The translations under genes were made by a program, and so were the position numbers. Shown here in pieces: positions 1 through 10,297 of a DNA stretch of 64,000 nucleotides (its first letter is position 1; each line of letters begins with the position of its first letter). Under the pieces are notes generated by a model. The model was not told the DNA's origin. It did no database searches and saw only the letters and a program-made list of their open reading frames with translations. The stretch comes from Vicinamibacteria bacterium (lineage in GTDB: Bacteria; Acidobacteriota; Vicinamibacteria; Marinacidobacterales; Marinacidobacteraceae): positions 2,880,001 to 2,944,000 of the forward strand of contig OY821641.1 of NCBI GenBank assembly GCA_963555995.3, written 5' to 3'.

Positions 1-391
1 CCTGGCCGGGAAGCTTCGCCAGCGCCTCGAACTGCTGCGGATCGACCCGCTGATCGGAGACGACCCCGCCCTTGTACTGGAAGGCCGCGAAGTCCTTGGT
101 CCCCTCGTGGAGCACCTTGGCCAAGGCCACCGGATCGTCCTCGCTCCAGGCGAGACCGGTCATCCCGGCGAGCTGGTCGTCCAGTCCGGAGATGCCGGCC
201 TCCTCGAAGGCCCACTTGGCCGTGCTGTTCTTCACCACGCGGTACCGGCCGCCGGCTTCGCGGACCCGGCGGCGCAGATCCGTGACGTCCGCCACGGAAA
301 GGCCCCGGTAATCGAAAGAGAACACCGCCGTCTGCGCCTTGAGCAGCGCCGCGAGCGACGCGGCCGCTTCCTGCTTCTCCATGCGTTGCAT
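1..391 (-). CDS. rplJ: 50S ribosomal protein L10 (3' end runs off the window)
   Basis: Manual translation MQRMEKQEAAASLAALLKAQTAVFSFDYRGLSVADVTDLRRRVREAGGRYRVVKN; follows rplA. Confidence 0.95.
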   Translation of the reverse strand, partial: MQRMEKQEAAASLAALLKAQTAVFSFDYRGLSVADVTDLRRRVREAGGRYRVVKNSTAKWAFEEAGISGLDDQLAGMTGLAWSEDDPVALAKVLHEGTKDFAAFQYKGGVVSDQRVDPQQFEALAKLPGQ

Positions 392-428
392 CGTTTCGAC
401 CCTTTCCCGAATCTCCGGTGGCGCCGGC

Positions 429-1118
429 CTACTTGGCTCCGACCAATGAGGGGCTGATGCGGAGGCCGGGGCTCATCGTCGAACTGATGGCGACGCTCCG
501 GATGTAGCGGCCCTTGGCTGCCGCCGGCTTCGACCGAACCACGGCGGAGACGAAGGCCAGCGTGTTTTCCACCAGCCGCTCATCGGAAAAAGAGAGCTTC
601 CCCACGGGAGCGTGGATGTTGGAGGTCTTGTCCACGCGATAGTCAACCTTGCCGGCCTTGATCTCCTGCACGGCCTTCGCCACCTCGAACGTGACGGTCC
701 CGGACTTGGGGTTGGGCATCAGTCCCCGCGGCCCCAGGATCCGCCCGAGCTTGCCGACCGAACGCATCATGTCCGGCGTCGCCACCACGGCTTCGAAGTC
801 CAGGAAGCCGCCCTGGATGCGGGCCACCATGTCGTCTCCGCCCACCTCGTCGGCGCCCGCTTCCTCGGCCTCCTTGGCCTTTTCGCCGGAAGCGATCACC
901 ACGACGCGGCGCGAGATCCCAAGTCCGTGCGGGAGGACCACGGAACCGCGCACCATCTGGTCGGCGTGCCGTGGATCCACCCCGAGCCGCATGGCGATCT
1001 CGGCAGTCTCGTCAAAGGAGGCGAAGCTCGCGCTCTTGAGCGTCTTGAACACTTCGTCCAGCGTTTCCGGCTGTGAATCAGCGACCGTCGTCTTCGCCGC
1101 CTGGTACTTCTTTCCCAT
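429..1118 (-). CDS. rplA: 50S ribosomal protein L1
   Basis: [14 protein letters not shown] and [16 protein letters not shown] motifs; follows rplK. Confidence 0.98.
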   Translation of the reverse strand: MGKKYQAAKTTVADSQPETLDEVFKTLKSASFASFDETAEIAMRLGVDPRHADQMVRGSVVLPHGLGISRRVVVIASGEKAKEAEEAGADEVGGDDMVARIQGGFLDFEAVVATPDMMRSVGKLGRILGPRGLMPNPKSGTVTFEVAKAVQEIKAGKVDYRVDKTSNIHAPVGKLSFSDERLVENTLAFVSAVVRSKPAAAKGRYIRSVAISSTMSPGLRISPSLVGAK

Positions 1119-1150
1119 GATTCGCGTCCCTGATCTCTTTCCCTAAATCG

Positions 1151-1570
1151 TCAGGCCACTTCGATGCCCATGCTCCGGGCCGTTCCCTCGACGATGCGCC
1201 GCGCGGCGGCGATGTCGACGGCATTGAGATCCTTCATCTTGAGCTGGGCGATTTCCTCCACCTGGCCGACCGTCACCTTGCCCACGCGCATCCGGTTCGG
1301 CTCGCCGGATCCCTTCGCGATTCCCGCCGCGCGCTTCAGCAGCACGGCCGCCGGCGGGGTCTTGGTGATGAAGCTGAAGGACCGGTCCTGGTAGACCGTG
1401 ACCACGCAGGGAATGATCATCCCGGCGTCGTTCTGGGTCTTCGCGTTGAAGGACTTGCAGAAGTCCATGATGTTGATGCCGTGCTGTCCGAGCGCGGGCC
1501 CGACCGGCGGCGCCGGGGTCGCCTTGCCGGCGGGCAACTGGATCTTCGCGACCGCGAGCACTTTCTTCAT
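1151..1570 (-). CDS. rplK: 50S ribosomal protein L11
   Basis: [30 protein letters not shown] signature. Confidence 0.98.
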   Translation of the reverse strand: MKKVLAVAKIQLPAGKATPAPPVGPALGQHGINIMDFCKSFNAKTQNDAGMIIPCVVTVYQDRSFSFITKTPPAAVLLKRAAGIAKGSGEPNRMRVGKVTVGQVEEIAQLKMKDLNAVDIAAARRIVEGTARSMGIEVA

Positions 1571-1601
1571 GGCATGTTTCTCCGATCGGAACTCCGGGGG
1601 G

Positions 1602-2129
1602 TCAAACCTTTTCCACCTCGAGGAACTCCAGCTCCACGGGAGTCGAGCGTCCGAAGATCGTCACCATGACCTTCACCTTGTTGCGGTCCGGCTGGACTTC
1701 GTCCACGACTCCCTGAAAGCCGTTGAAGGGGCCGTGAATGATGCGGACCGATTCGCCCGTCTGGAAGGTGTGCCGCAGCTTGGGCGCCTGGCTCGCGTCG
1801 TCCATCTGTTCGCGAATCCGGAGGACCTCGTCGTCCGGCATCGGCTGGGGCTTGTGCGGTGGCACGAACCCCATGACCTTGTCGGTGTTCTTGACGACCT
1901 GCCAGGTGTCGGCGTTCATCTCCATGTTGACGAGCACGTAGCCGGGGTAGACCTGCTTGGTCGTCACCACGCGGCGTCCGCCGCGCATCTCCACGACCTT
2001 CTCGGTGGGGATCAGGATCTCGCCGATCTGCTCCCCGAGCCCGTACGCGTTGGCCCGGTGGCGCAGTGCTTCCTTCACGCTCTCTTCGAACTTGGAGTGC
2101 GTCGAGACGATGAACCACTCTCTGGCCAT
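1602..2129 (-). CDS. nusG: Transcription termination/antitermination factor NusG
   Basis: NGN domain (YPGYVLVNM) and KOW motif ([11 protein letters not shown]...[12 protein letters not shown]). Confidence 0.97.
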   Translation of the reverse strand: MAREWFIVSTHSKFEESVKEALRHRANAYGLGEQIGEILIPTEKVVEMRGGRRVVTTKQVYPGYVLVNMEMNADTWQVVKNTDKVMGFVPPHKPQPMPDDEVLRIREQMDDASQAPKLRHTFQTGESVRIIHGPFNGFQGVVDEVQPDRNKVKVMVTIFGRSTPVELEFLEVEKV

Positions 2130-2133
2130 GCAA

Positions 2134-2343
2134 CTACCCGATCAGGTTCGTGACGAACGCCGAGATGTACGACATGACGACGTCGAGGCCGTAGAGGTAG
2201 AAGCCGAAGAAGAAGACCGTGATCAGCACGATGATCGTGGTGCCGCGAACTTCCTCCCGCGTCGGCCAGGTGACCTTGTCGAGTTCACCCCTAACTTCCC
2301 CGAGGAAGTTGCGGGCGGAGCCGATTCTTTCGAGCACGCTCAC
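2134..2343 (-). CDS. secE: Preprotein translocase subunit SecE
   Basis: ELDKVTWPTREE plus one TM helix; GTG start with GAGGGG RBS; lies between tRNA-Trp and nusG. Confidence 0.93.
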   Translation of the reverse strand: MSVLERIGSARNFLGEVRGELDKVTWPTREEVRGTTIIVLITVFFFGFYLYGLDVVMSYISAFVTNLIG

Positions 2344-2385
2344 GACGAACCCCTCAGGCCGTGATGTCTCGAAGGAACGTGGGGA

Positions 2386-2461
2386 TGGCAGGCCAGGAGG
2401 GGATCGAACCCCCAACCCCCGGTTTTGGAGACCGGTGCTCTGCCAATTGAGCTACTGGCCT
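2386..2461 (-). tRNA. tRNA-Trp(CCA)
   Basis: Cloverleaf AGGCCAGTAGCTCAATTGG...CTCCAAA...GGTTCGATCC...CCA. Confidence 0.96.
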
Positions 2462-2479
2462 TCGCACCCCTCACGGTAG

Positions 2480-2644
2480 TCAACGCGTCTCCCGATGCAA
2501 CACGTGCGTCCGGCAGAAACGGCAGAACTTGCGCAACTCCATCCGGCCCGGATGAGTCGCCCGGTTCTTCGTCGTCGAATACGTACGCCGCTTGCAGTCG
2601 GTGCATGCCAACGTGACGATCTGCCGCTTCTTTTCGCGAGCCAT
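2480..2644 (-). CDS. rpmG: 50S ribosomal protein L33 (Zn-ribbon type), not in the ORF track
   Basis: [54 protein letters not shown]. Confidence 0.96.
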   Translation of the reverse strand: MAREKKRQIVTLACTDCKRRTYSTTKNRATHPGRMELRKFCRFCRTHVLHRETR

Positions 2645-2754
2645 GCCGCTTTCCCGCCGGTTCTGTTCCGGTCAAATGTTTCGAGGATGGCCCTCCCGAC
2701 GGACGAATCATGCCGTCCGCGGGAGGACCGTTTCCCGTTTCCCGTCCTCGCCGT

Positions 2755-3942
2755 CTACTCCAGGATCTCGGTGGTCATCCCGGAGGCGACCGTCCGGCCG
2801 CCCTCGCGGATCGCGAACCGGAGTCCGCGGTCCATGGCGATCGGGGTGATCAGTTCCACCTCGAGCTGGATGTTGTCTCCCGGCATGGCCACCACCTGAT
2901 CTCCCAGGAGGGTGGCGGTGCCGGTCACGTCCGTGGTCCGGAAATAGAACTGCGGGCGGTAGCCGCTCTTGAACGGCTTCTCGCGTCCCCCCTCTTCCTT
3001 GGACAGGACATAGACCTCGGAGCGGAACCTGGTGTGGGGCGTGATGGAACCGGGCTTGGCGAGCACCATCCCGCGCTCCACGTCCCGGCGATCGGTTCCC
3101 CGCAGCAGGATTCCGACGTTGTCACCGGCCTCGCCCTCGTCGAGGAGCTTCTTGAACATCTCGACTCCGGTCACGACCCGCTTCCGGGTCTCCCGGATCC
3201 CGACGATCTCGACCTCGTCCTGGACGCAGACCTTGCCCTGCTCGATCCGGCCGGTCACCACGGTGCCGCGGCCCGAGATCGAGAAGACATCCTCGATCGG
3301 CATCAGGTAGTCCTTGTCGATCGCCCGCTCCGGCACCGGCACGTACTCGTCAAGAGCCTTCGTCAGCTCCCGGACGGGTTCCCAGTCGGCCGGGTCGTCC
3401 GACTCGAGCGCCTTGAGCGCGCTGCCCCGGATGACCGGGATGTCGTCGCCGGGGAAGTCGTAGTAGGAGAGCAGCTCCCGGACTTCGAGTTCCACGAGCT
3501 CCAGGAGCTCCTCGTCGTCCAGCATGTCCACCTTGTTGAGGAACACGACGATCCGGGGCACGCCGACCTGGCGGGCGAGCAGGATGTGCTCGCGCGTCTG
3601 CGCCTGCGGGCCGTCCGGAGCGGAAATCAGCAGCACCGCGCCGTCCATCTGGGCGGCGCCGGTGATCATGTTCTTGATGTAGTCGGCGTGGCCGGGGCAG
3701 TCCACGTGCGCGTAGTGGCGCGCCGCGGTCTCGTACTCGACGTGTGCGGTGGCGATCGTGATGCCCCGCTCCCGCTCTTCCGGAGCGTTGTCGATCGAAT
3801 CGAAACTCCGGAAGTTTCCGCCCTGTTCGGCGGCGAGGACCTTCGTGATCGCTGCGGTCAGGGTCGTCTTGCCGTGATCCACGTGACCGATGGTCCCCAC
3901 GTTGACGTGAGGTTTGGTGCGTTCGAACTTCTCCTTGGCCAT
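2755..3942 (-). CDS. tuf: Elongation factor Tu
   Basis: [26 protein letters not shown] and RFAIREGG motifs. Confidence 0.99.
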   Translation of the reverse strand: MAKEKFERTKPHVNVGTIGHVDHGKTTLTAAITKVLAAEQGGNFRSFDSIDNAPEERERGITIATAHVEYETAARHYAHVDCPGHADYIKNMITGAAQMDGAVLLISAPDGPQAQTREHILLARQVGVPRIVVFLNKVDMLDDEELLELVELEVRELLSYYDFPGDDIPVIRGSALKALESDDPADWEPVRELTKALDEYVPVPERAIDKDYLMPIEDVFSISGRGTVVTGRIEQGKVCVQDEVEIVGIRETRKRVVTGVEMFKKLLDEGEAGDNVGILLRGTDRRDVERGMVLAKPGSITPHTRFRSEVYVLSKEEGGREKPFKSGYRPQFYFRTTDVTGTATLLGDQVVAMPGDNIQLEVELITPIAMDRGLRFAIREGGRTVASGMTTEILE

Positions 3943-3990
3943 CTGGTCTTCTCCTTGTTAGCTGCGAGACCTGAGATTCAGATCGTCCCT

Positions 3991-4174
3991 TGCGGGCCGT
4001 GGGCGGGGTGACGTGAGCGCCGAGAGCGGTGAGGCGCCCGGCTGACAAGGCGCGCGAGGGAGGAATACCGGGTGTATTCCGACCGAAGCGCAACGATGAG
4101 CGCCGCTGCAGCGGCGCGGTTCAGCCGGGATGGATCGCCGCTCGAACGCCGCGTCACCCCGTTTACGGCCCGCA
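3991..4174. repeat. Repeat family A copy (about 185 bp structured element) with a divergent outer stem
   Basis: Shares the core CTGACAAGGCGCG...GGAATACCGGGTGTATTCCGACCGAA with the copies at 10.0-10.7 kb and 14.0-14.35 kb. Confidence 0.85.
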
Positions 4175-4189
4175 GGACGGGGGCGAGAG

Positions 4190-4264
<75 letters not shown>

Positions 4265-4357
4265 GGAGACGAGGGCGGGGGCCGATGGTGCGGCTCCGGA
4301 CCGCGCCGGCGGATCGGCCGCGGTCCCGGGACAATGCGAACCGCGCCGTTTTCAGCA

Positions 4358-4433
4358 TGGAGCGGGAGACGGGATTCGGACCCGCGACCCTCAGCTTGGA
4401 AGGCTGATGCTCTGCCAACTGAGCTACTCCCGC
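4358..4433 (-). tRNA. tRNA-Gly(TCC)
   Basis: GCGGGAGTAGCTCAGTTGG...CTTCCAA...CCA; T-loop reads TCCGAAT. Confidence 0.92.
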
Positions 4434-4604
4434 GTTATGGAATGAAGGGACCGCCGGCGGCGGACGAACCGTGCGAAGGGTCGCCCCGGGCGCCGGGACC
4501 GGTACGTCACAGCGTGCGCGCAAGCGCGCGGTGGCGGTCCGGAGCAAGCCGTTGTCGGTGGTCAAAGCAGGGGGTGGGTTCGGTCGAGGAAACGCCGGAA
4601 GAGG

Positions 4605-4691
4605 TGGTGGAGCGGGGAGGATTCGAACCTCCGAAGGCGTAAAGCCGGCAGGTTTACAGCCTGCTGCGTTTGGCCGCTTCGCTACCACTCC
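4605..4691 (-). tRNA. tRNA-Tyr(GTA)
   Basis: Anticodon loop CTGTAAA, long variable arm, GGTTCGAATCC, CCA end. Confidence 0.96.
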
Positions 4692-4841
4692 GCCCGGGAA
4701 ACTCCGCCACTCACGAGACAGGAAAGCAGCCTCCGTGATAATCAGCCGGCCGATCCGGACCGTTCTTCCCGGATTGGGTCGTCCGGATCAGTCCCTCCGG
4801 ACCCAGCGTGATCCGGTCCGATGCGGTCTGGCCCGATCCGG

Positions 4842-4914
4842 AGCTGGCGAAGGGACTTGAACCCTTGACCGGCTGATTACAAATCAGCTGCTCTGCCTCC
4901 TGAGCTACGCCAGC
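4842..4914 (-). tRNA. tRNA-Thr(TGT), CCA not encoded
   Basis: GCTGGCGTAGCTCAG...TTTGTAA...GGTTCAAGTCC...GCCAGCT. Confidence 0.94.
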
Positions 4915-4933
4915 GTGCACCGGCGAACGGTTG

Positions 4934-4963
4934 AGTATAGGTTGACGCCCGTTCGAGTGTCAA
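4934..4963 (-). promoter_or_regulatory. Sigma70-type promoter of the tRNA-tuf operon
   Basis: TTGACA-18 bp-TATACT on the minus strand, about 20 bp before tRNA-Thr. Confidence 0.85.
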
Positions 4964-5030
4964 CTGCGAACCGGGATGGGTCGGCGCCGCCCTGCAACCG
5001 GCAGCCAACGCGCCGGCCGGTGGCAGCGCC

Positions 5031-5093
5031 GGCCTGGAACGCCGGCCTCCAGACCGGCACGCGCGGCGCTCCGCGCCGCGCACCTCGTAACCC
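5031..5093. repeat. REP-like family B palindrome
   Basis: GGCCTGGAACGCCGGCCTCCAGACCGGCAC followed by a GC hairpin; recurs across the window. Confidence 0.75.
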
Positions 5094-5132
5094 CACGCAC
5101 CCTGACGGCGCCCACGGCCTGGAACGCCCCGG

Positions 5133-5969
5133 CTACGGACCGCCAACGTCCTCGCGCGCCCCACCCCCAGACCCACCAGCGCGCTGGCGGACCCCTTCGT
5201 AGAGCACGATCCCGGCAGCCACGGAGACGTTCAGGGAACGGACGGAGCCCAACTGCGGCAGCGAGACCAGGACCTCGCACTCCTTCGACACCCCGGCGGC
5301 GAGGCCCCGGCCCTCGGACCCCACGACGAGGACGGTGGGCTGGGTCCAGTCGAACTCGTACCAGCGGACCTTCGCCCGCGGGGTGAGGCCGACGGTCCAG
5401 TACCCGTGAGCCTTGAGCGCCCGCAGCGCGCTCGCGGCGCCCGGGATCCGAACCAGCCGGGCGCGGGCGATGGCCCCCGCCGACGCCGCGACGGCGACGG
5501 CCGAGGGAGGAGCCGCGCCGCGCCGCGGAACGAGCACCGCATCCACTCCGGCGCCGTCCGCCGCCCGGACCAGAGCGCCGAAGTTCCGGGGGTCCTCGAT
5601 GCGATCGAGGAGCAGCAGGCGGCTCGGCTTCGGGTCCAGCGACAGCATCTCGCCAAGCGCCAGCCACCGCACCGGCGACACCTCGCAGGCCGCGCCCTGA
5701 TGGCGCGCTCCCGCCGCGATCCGGTCGAGGTGCTGATTCGGTACCCGCTGCAGCGGGGCGCCGCGGGCCCGCGCGATCTTGAGCAGGGCCTGATGGCGGC
5801 TCTCCAGCCGTCCCGTCCGGACCAGCACCCGCCGGACCTGGTTCGGGATCCCCTGGAGCGTTTCCTCCACCCGGGCGGGACCGAAGACCCAGGTCGCGGC
5901 CCGTTCCGCGCCCGTTTCGTCCGCCGGAGGGCCGGCCCTCGCCGGACGGCGCTGCTCGCGGCGGGTCAT
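5133..5969 (-). CDS. rlmB: 23S rRNA (G2251-2'-O)-methyltransferase RlmB, SpoU family
   Basis: DRIEDPRNFGALVR, VVGSEGRG, SLNVSVAAGI; ATG overlaps the ispDF stop. Confidence 0.9.
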   Translation of the reverse strand: MTRREQRRPARAGPPADETGAERAATWVFGPARVEETLQGIPNQVRRVLVRTGRLESRHQALLKIARARGAPLQRVPNQHLDRIAAGARHQGAACEVSPVRWLALGEMLSLDPKPSRLLLLDRIEDPRNFGALVRAADGAGVDAVLVPRRGAAPPSAVAVAASAGAIARARLVRIPGAASALRALKAHGYWTVGLTPRAKVRWYEFDWTQPTVLVVGSEGRGLAAGVSKECEVLVSLPQLGSVRSLNVSVAAGIVLYEGVRQRAGGSGGGAREDVGGP

Positions 5970-7216
5970 CCCGGAGGGGATGCCGGTCCCGGCACCCCTG
6001 ACCGCGGATCGAGACGGACGAGAGCCTTCGCCGCCAGCCCCTCGCCCCTTCCCGTGAAGCCCATGCCGTCGGTGGTGGTCGCCTTGAGACCCACCGCGTC
6101 CGGGGCGATGCCGAGCATGGCGCCGAGCCGCCGCCGCATCTCCTCGATCCGGGGAGCGAGCCGGGGACGCTCGGCGATGATGGTGAGGTCCACCTGGCCC
6201 GGCCCATGGCCGGCGGCGGCGGCGATTTCGAGCGCCCGCCGCACGAACCGTTCGCTCGCCGCGCCCCGCAGCGCCGGGTCGGACGACGGGAAGAGCGCCC
6301 CGATGTCCGGCCCGGCGACCGCGCCCAGGATGGCGTCGGCGAGGGCATGCAGGACCGCGTCCCCGTCGGAGTGTCCTTCCAGCGAAGGAACGCCCGGAAA
6401 CGCGATTCCCCCCAACTGGAGGGTTCCGGCCGTCCCGAAGCGGTGCGCGTCGAATCCGAACCCGATGCGGGGCATCCCGGAGACCCCGCCGAGGACGGTT
6501 CGCGCGAACTCCAGGTCGGCCGGGTGGGTCACCTTCAGGTTCCGGGAACTCCCCTCGACCACCCGCACCGGATGTCCCGCGGCCCGGACCAGCGACGCCT
6601 CGTCGGTCCCGCGCAGTCCGGCTTCCTCCGCCCGGGCGAGCGACTCCCTGAGCAGGCGCCGCCGGAAACACTGCGGTGTCTGCACGGCGACGGTGCGGTC
6701 CCGGTCCACCAGGCTCTCCACGTTGCCGTCAACGCTCACCCGCCAGAGCGTGTCCGGCGAGCGGCGCCCCGGGATCGCGGCGCCGTGGCGGCGGGCCGCC
6801 TCGATGACTTCTTCAACAAGCGGCAGCGGCGGCGCCGGCCTCGCCCCGTCGTGGACGGCGACCAGATCCGCGACCGCACCGTCTTCTTCCTCGAACCGCG
6901 CGTCGAGCGCCGCGAGTCCGCGCGTAACCGATTCCTGCCGGGAAGCGCCGCCGGGACAGCAGGAAACCCGGCCCGCGTCCGGCTCCAGATGACGGCCGAG
7001 GTCCGCCTGCCAGGATTCGAATCCCCGCTCCGGCAGGACGACCACCAGCCGCGCGACCTGCTCCGAAGCCAGCACCGCGCGGACGGAATGAACGACCAGC
7101 GGCAGGCCGAGGACCGGCTGGAACTGCTTCGGAGCGTCGCCGGCACCGAACCGGGCGCCGGAACCGGCGGCCACGACGACCGCGCCAACCCGCACGGTGA
7201 TCCGTTCCTCTGCCAC
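5966..7216 (-). CDS. ispDF: Bifunctional IspD/IspF (MEP cytidylyltransferase plus MEcPP synthase)
   Basis: AAGSGARFG, VHDGARP and QTPQ in the N-half; RIGFGFDAH, GHSDGDAVLHA and KATTTDGMGFTGRGEG in the C-half. Confidence 0.95.
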   Translation of the reverse strand: MAEERITVRVGAVVVAAGSGARFGAGDAPKQFQPVLGLPLVVHSVRAVLASEQVARLVVVLPERGFESWQADLGRHLEPDAGRVSCCPGGASRQESVTRGLAALDARFEEEDGAVADLVAVHDGARPAPPLPLVEEVIEAARRHGAAIPGRRSPDTLWRVSVDGNVESLVDRDRTVAVQTPQCFRRRLLRESLARAEEAGLRGTDEASLVRAAGHPVRVVEGSSRNLKVTHPADLEFARTVLGGVSGMPRIGFGFDAHRFGTAGTLQLGGIAFPGVPSLEGHSDGDAVLHALADAILGAVAGPDIGALFPSSDPALRGAASERFVRRALEIAAAAGHGPGQVDLTIIAERPRLAPRIEEMRRRLGAMLGIAPDAVGLKATTTDGMGFTGRGEGLAAKALVRLDPRSGVPGPASPPG

Positions 7217-7222
7217 CGGCTC

Positions 7223-8608
7223 TCAGGACTCGCCGATGGCCGCCAGCGCCTCGTCGAGGGTCGCGACCGCGACGAGAGCGATGTCCGCCGGCGGTTCGGC
7301 CGCGCGGGCCTTGCCCGGATTCATCACCGCGCGGCGGTACCCGAGGCGCGCCGCCTCCCGCAGGCGCACCCCCGCCTGATGGACCGGCCGCACCTCTCCG
7401 GAGAGTCCGACCTCACCGATGAAGAGGGTCCCCGGCGGCACCGGGACGCCGCGTCGCCGGGAAGCCACCGCCGCGAGGAGGCCCAGGTCGGCGGCCGGTT
7501 CGTTCACGGTGAGGCCGCCGGTCACCGACACGTACACGTCGCTGCGCAGCAGTCCTCCCCCTCCTCCCGTCTCGAGGACCGCCAGCAGCACCGCCAGCCG
7601 GCCGCTGTCGAACCCCACCGGAACCCGCCGCGGATAGGCGAGCGGGCTCTCGGCGAGCAGCACCTGGATCTCGGCGAGGAGGGGCCTCGTTCCCTCGAGC
7701 GTACAGACCACCGCCGATCCAGGCTTCGGGGGTCCCCCGGTGAGGAACAGTTCCGAGGGATTCCGAACCGGGACGAGTCCCTCTCCGGTCATGTCGAACA
7801 CGCCGAGTTCCCCGGCGGCGCCGAACCGGTTCTTGACCGCGCGGAGCAGCCGGTGCGACTGCCTCCGGTCCCCTTCGAAGTGCAGCACGGTGTCCACCAT
7901 GTGTTCGAGCGTGCGGGGGCCGGCGATGGCGCCGTCCTTGTTGACGTGGCCGATGATGAAGACGGGAACCCGGGTCGCCTTGGCGAACAGCACGAGCGCG
8001 GCGGCCGACTCCCGAACCTGGGTGACGGTACCCGGGGCGCCGCTGATCTCCGGAGAGTGGACGCACTGGACGGAATCGAGCACCACGAGCTGCGGTTCCG
8101 CGGACTGCGCCGCGTCGAGGATGCGGGGCATGCTCGTCTCCGAGAAGAGGAGGAGCGAGTCCGGCTGGAGTCCGAGCCGCTCGCCGCGCAGCTTGAGCTG
8201 GTGCTCGGACTCCTCCCCGCTGACGTAGAGCACGGGGGCTCCGGAACCGGCGGCCGCGGCGGCCAACTGGAGGAGGAGGGTGCTCTTGCCCGCGCCCGGC
8301 TCTCCCGCGACCAGAACGGCGGAGCCGGGCACCACCCCGCCGCCCAGGACGCGGTCGAGTTCCGGAATGCCCAGCGGACGGCGGGGCGCCGTCCGGGTGT
8401 CCACCTCGTTCCAGGAGACCGGCGCCGCGGCCCCGGCGCCCGCCGCCGCGGCGAACCCGCGCCAGCGTCCGCCGGCGGCGCCTTCCGGCGGCGCCTCCTG
8501 TTCGACGAGCGGCGTCCGGGAGGAACAGGACGGGCAGTACCCCATCCAACGGGAGAAGTCCTGCCCGCACTCCACGCAGGCGAAGCGAACATTGGAGTTC
8601 CTGGGCAC
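7223..8608 (-). CDS. radA: DNA repair protein RadA/Sms
   Basis: C4 Zn finger, GEPGAGKSTLLLQ, KNRFG, Lon-like C-terminus; GTG start at 8608 inferred. Confidence 0.96.
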   Translation of the reverse strand: MPRNSNVRFACVECGQDFSRWMGYCPSCSSRTPLVEQEAPPEGAAGGRWRGFAAAAGAGAAAPVSWNEVDTRTAPRRPLGIPELDRVLGGGVVPGSAVLVAGEPGAGKSTLLLQLAAAAAGSGAPVLYVSGEESEHQLKLRGERLGLQPDSLLLFSETSMPRILDAAQSAEPQLVVLDSVQCVHSPEISGAPGTVTQVRESAAALVLFAKATRVPVFIIGHVNKDGAIAGPRTLEHMVDTVLHFEGDRRQSHRLLRAVKNRFGAAGELGVFDMTGEGLVPVRNPSELFLTGGPPKPGSAVVCTLEGTRPLLAEIQVLLAESPLAYPRRVPVGFDSGRLAVLLAVLETGGGGGLLRSDVYVSVTGGLTVNEPAADLGLLAAVASRRRGVPVPPGTLFIGEVGLSGEVRPVHQAGVRLREAARLGYRRAVMNPGKARAAEPPADIALVAVATLDEALAAIGES

Positions 8609-8612
8609 CGGC

Positions 8613-10007
8613 TCACCAACCGGTTTCCTCGTCCGGATCGGGATAGTCGGCGCCCTCGCCCGCCTCCTCCAGGTTCTGGAACTTCGTGTAGCGATCGAGC
8701 CAGGCCAGCCGGACGTCACCCACCGGACCGTTGCGGTTCTTCGCGACGATCACCCGGCGCACGGGGGGCGACGGCGCTTCGATCCCTCCCGTTCCGTCCT
8801 GTTTCTTTTTCCATTCCCGGTGAATGAAAACGACGATGTCCGCGTCCTGCTCGAGAGCGCCGGACTCGCGCAGATCGGAGAGGCGCGGCGCCGTCAGCGC
8901 CCCGGTCCGCTGTTCCGGCGCCCGGCTGAGTTGGGAAAGCGCCAGGATCGGCACCTCGAGTTCCTTGGCCAGCAGTTTGAAGGACCGGCTGATCTCGGCG
9001 ATCTCCAGATTCCGGTTTTCGAAGCGCCGGGATCCGGGCTCCGACGCCCGCATCAATTGCAGGTAATCAATCACGATCAGATCGAGTCCGTGTTCCCGCT
9101 TCAGTTGACGCGCCTTGGACCGCAGTTCGACCGGAGTGACGTTCGAATCGTCCACGTAGATCGGCATGCGCGCGACGACCGGAAGCGTGTTCTGGATAAG
9201 CCGGCGATCCCGCTCGCTGAGCAGTCCGGGCCGCGAGAGCTGCCGGGCATCCACCTCCGCCTGGGAGAAAAGCAACCGGGTGGCGATCTGCCGGCGGGGC
9301 ATCTCCAGGCTGAAGATGAGCACCCGCTTGTCGGCGCGGCCGGCGGCCAGCGCAATGTTGAGCGCCAGGCTGGTCTTGCCCTCCCCGGGGCGGGCCCCGA
9401 CCAGGATCAGGTCCGACTCGCGGAGGCCTCCCATCAGGTTGTCGAGGTCCTGGAATCCGGTGCGGATCCCCGAGAACCCCTCCCGCTGGCGGCCGGACTC
9501 CTCGGCGAGTTGGCCCAGGTCCTCCGTGAGCCGCACCGGACCGGAGGCGAACGTCCCCTCCGCAATGGCGTACAGGCCCTCCTGGGCCGCGGAGAGGGTC
9601 TCCCGCGGGGAGTCCCGGATCGCGTCGCTGGCGAGGCGGCTGCCGAAGTGGTGGAGCTCCCGACTGAGCGCCCGTTCGCGAACGAGCCTCGCGTAGTCCG
9701 CCGCGTTCGAGGAACGAGCCACCCCGTCCGACAGCTCGCTCAGGTAGCCGGCGCCGCCGGCCGCGTCCAGCTTCCCGGTCCGCTCGAGTTCCGCGCGAAC
9801 GGTCAGCAGATCGATCTTCCGCAGTTCGGGGGCGTCGTCGAGTTCGCAGAAGGCGTCGAAGATCCGCTGGTGGCGAACATCGAGGAAGTCCCTGGTCTTC
9901 AGGACCTCCCGCACCGAATCGAGCTGACTCCGGTCCACCAGGACCGCGGCGAGCACCGCTCGTTCGGCGGCCAGGTCGTGCGGGAGGCGGACGGCTTCGT
10001 CCGGCAC
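8613..10007 (-). CDS. dnaB: Replicative DNA helicase
   Basis: GARPGEGKT, FSLEM, IDYLQLM, LSQLSR, LRESGALEQDAD, KNRNGP. Confidence 0.97.
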   Translation of the reverse strand: MPDEAVRLPHDLAAERAVLAAVLVDRSQLDSVREVLKTRDFLDVRHQRIFDAFCELDDAPELRKIDLLTVRAELERTGKLDAAGGAGYLSELSDGVARSSNAADYARLVRERALSRELHHFGSRLASDAIRDSPRETLSAAQEGLYAIAEGTFASGPVRLTEDLGQLAEESGRQREGFSGIRTGFQDLDNLMGGLRESDLILVGARPGEGKTSLALNIALAAGRADKRVLIFSLEMPRRQIATRLLFSQAEVDARQLSRPGLLSERDRRLIQNTLPVVARMPIYVDDSNVTPVELRSKARQLKREHGLDLIVIDYLQLMRASEPGSRRFENRNLEIAEISRSFKLLAKELEVPILALSQLSRAPEQRTGALTAPRLSDLRESGALEQDADIVVFIHREWKKKQDGTGGIEAPSPPVRRVIVAKNRNGPVGDVRLAWLDRYTKFQNLEEAGEGADYPDPDEETGW

Positions 10008-10021
10008 GGACAGACGCCTCG

Positions 10022-10208
10022 CTAGCAGCCGGTGGTGAAACCCACGTGAGCGCCGAGACGGGCGAGGCGCCCGCCTGACAAGGCGCGTGAGGGAGGAATA
10101 CCGAGTGTATTCCGACCGAAACGCAACGATGAGCGCCTCGCAGAGGCGCGGTTCAGACGGGATGCATCGCGCGTCGAACGCCGCGTGGGTTTGGCCACAG
10201 GCTGCTAG
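10022..10208. repeat. Repeat family A, complete MITE-like copy flanked by CTAG
   Basis: CTAG-CAGCCGGTGGTGAAACCCACG...CGTGGGTTTGGCCACAGGCTG-CTAG terminal inverted repeats. Confidence 0.88.
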
Positions 10209-10297
10209 GGGTCTTGGGTTGAGGGAGCGGAGCGGCTCAGCCGGAGTCCGTCATGACGGGGCCGCGTGACGTCTTCCACGGGCTGCTCCGGGCGGGG

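Noticed and set aside
6206-8827. Long antisense ORFs (873 aa here; also 17448-19670, 36945-38960 and 48817-51702)
   Set aside because: These are shadow frames opposite well-supported genes, expected in high-GC DNA, and show no motifs.
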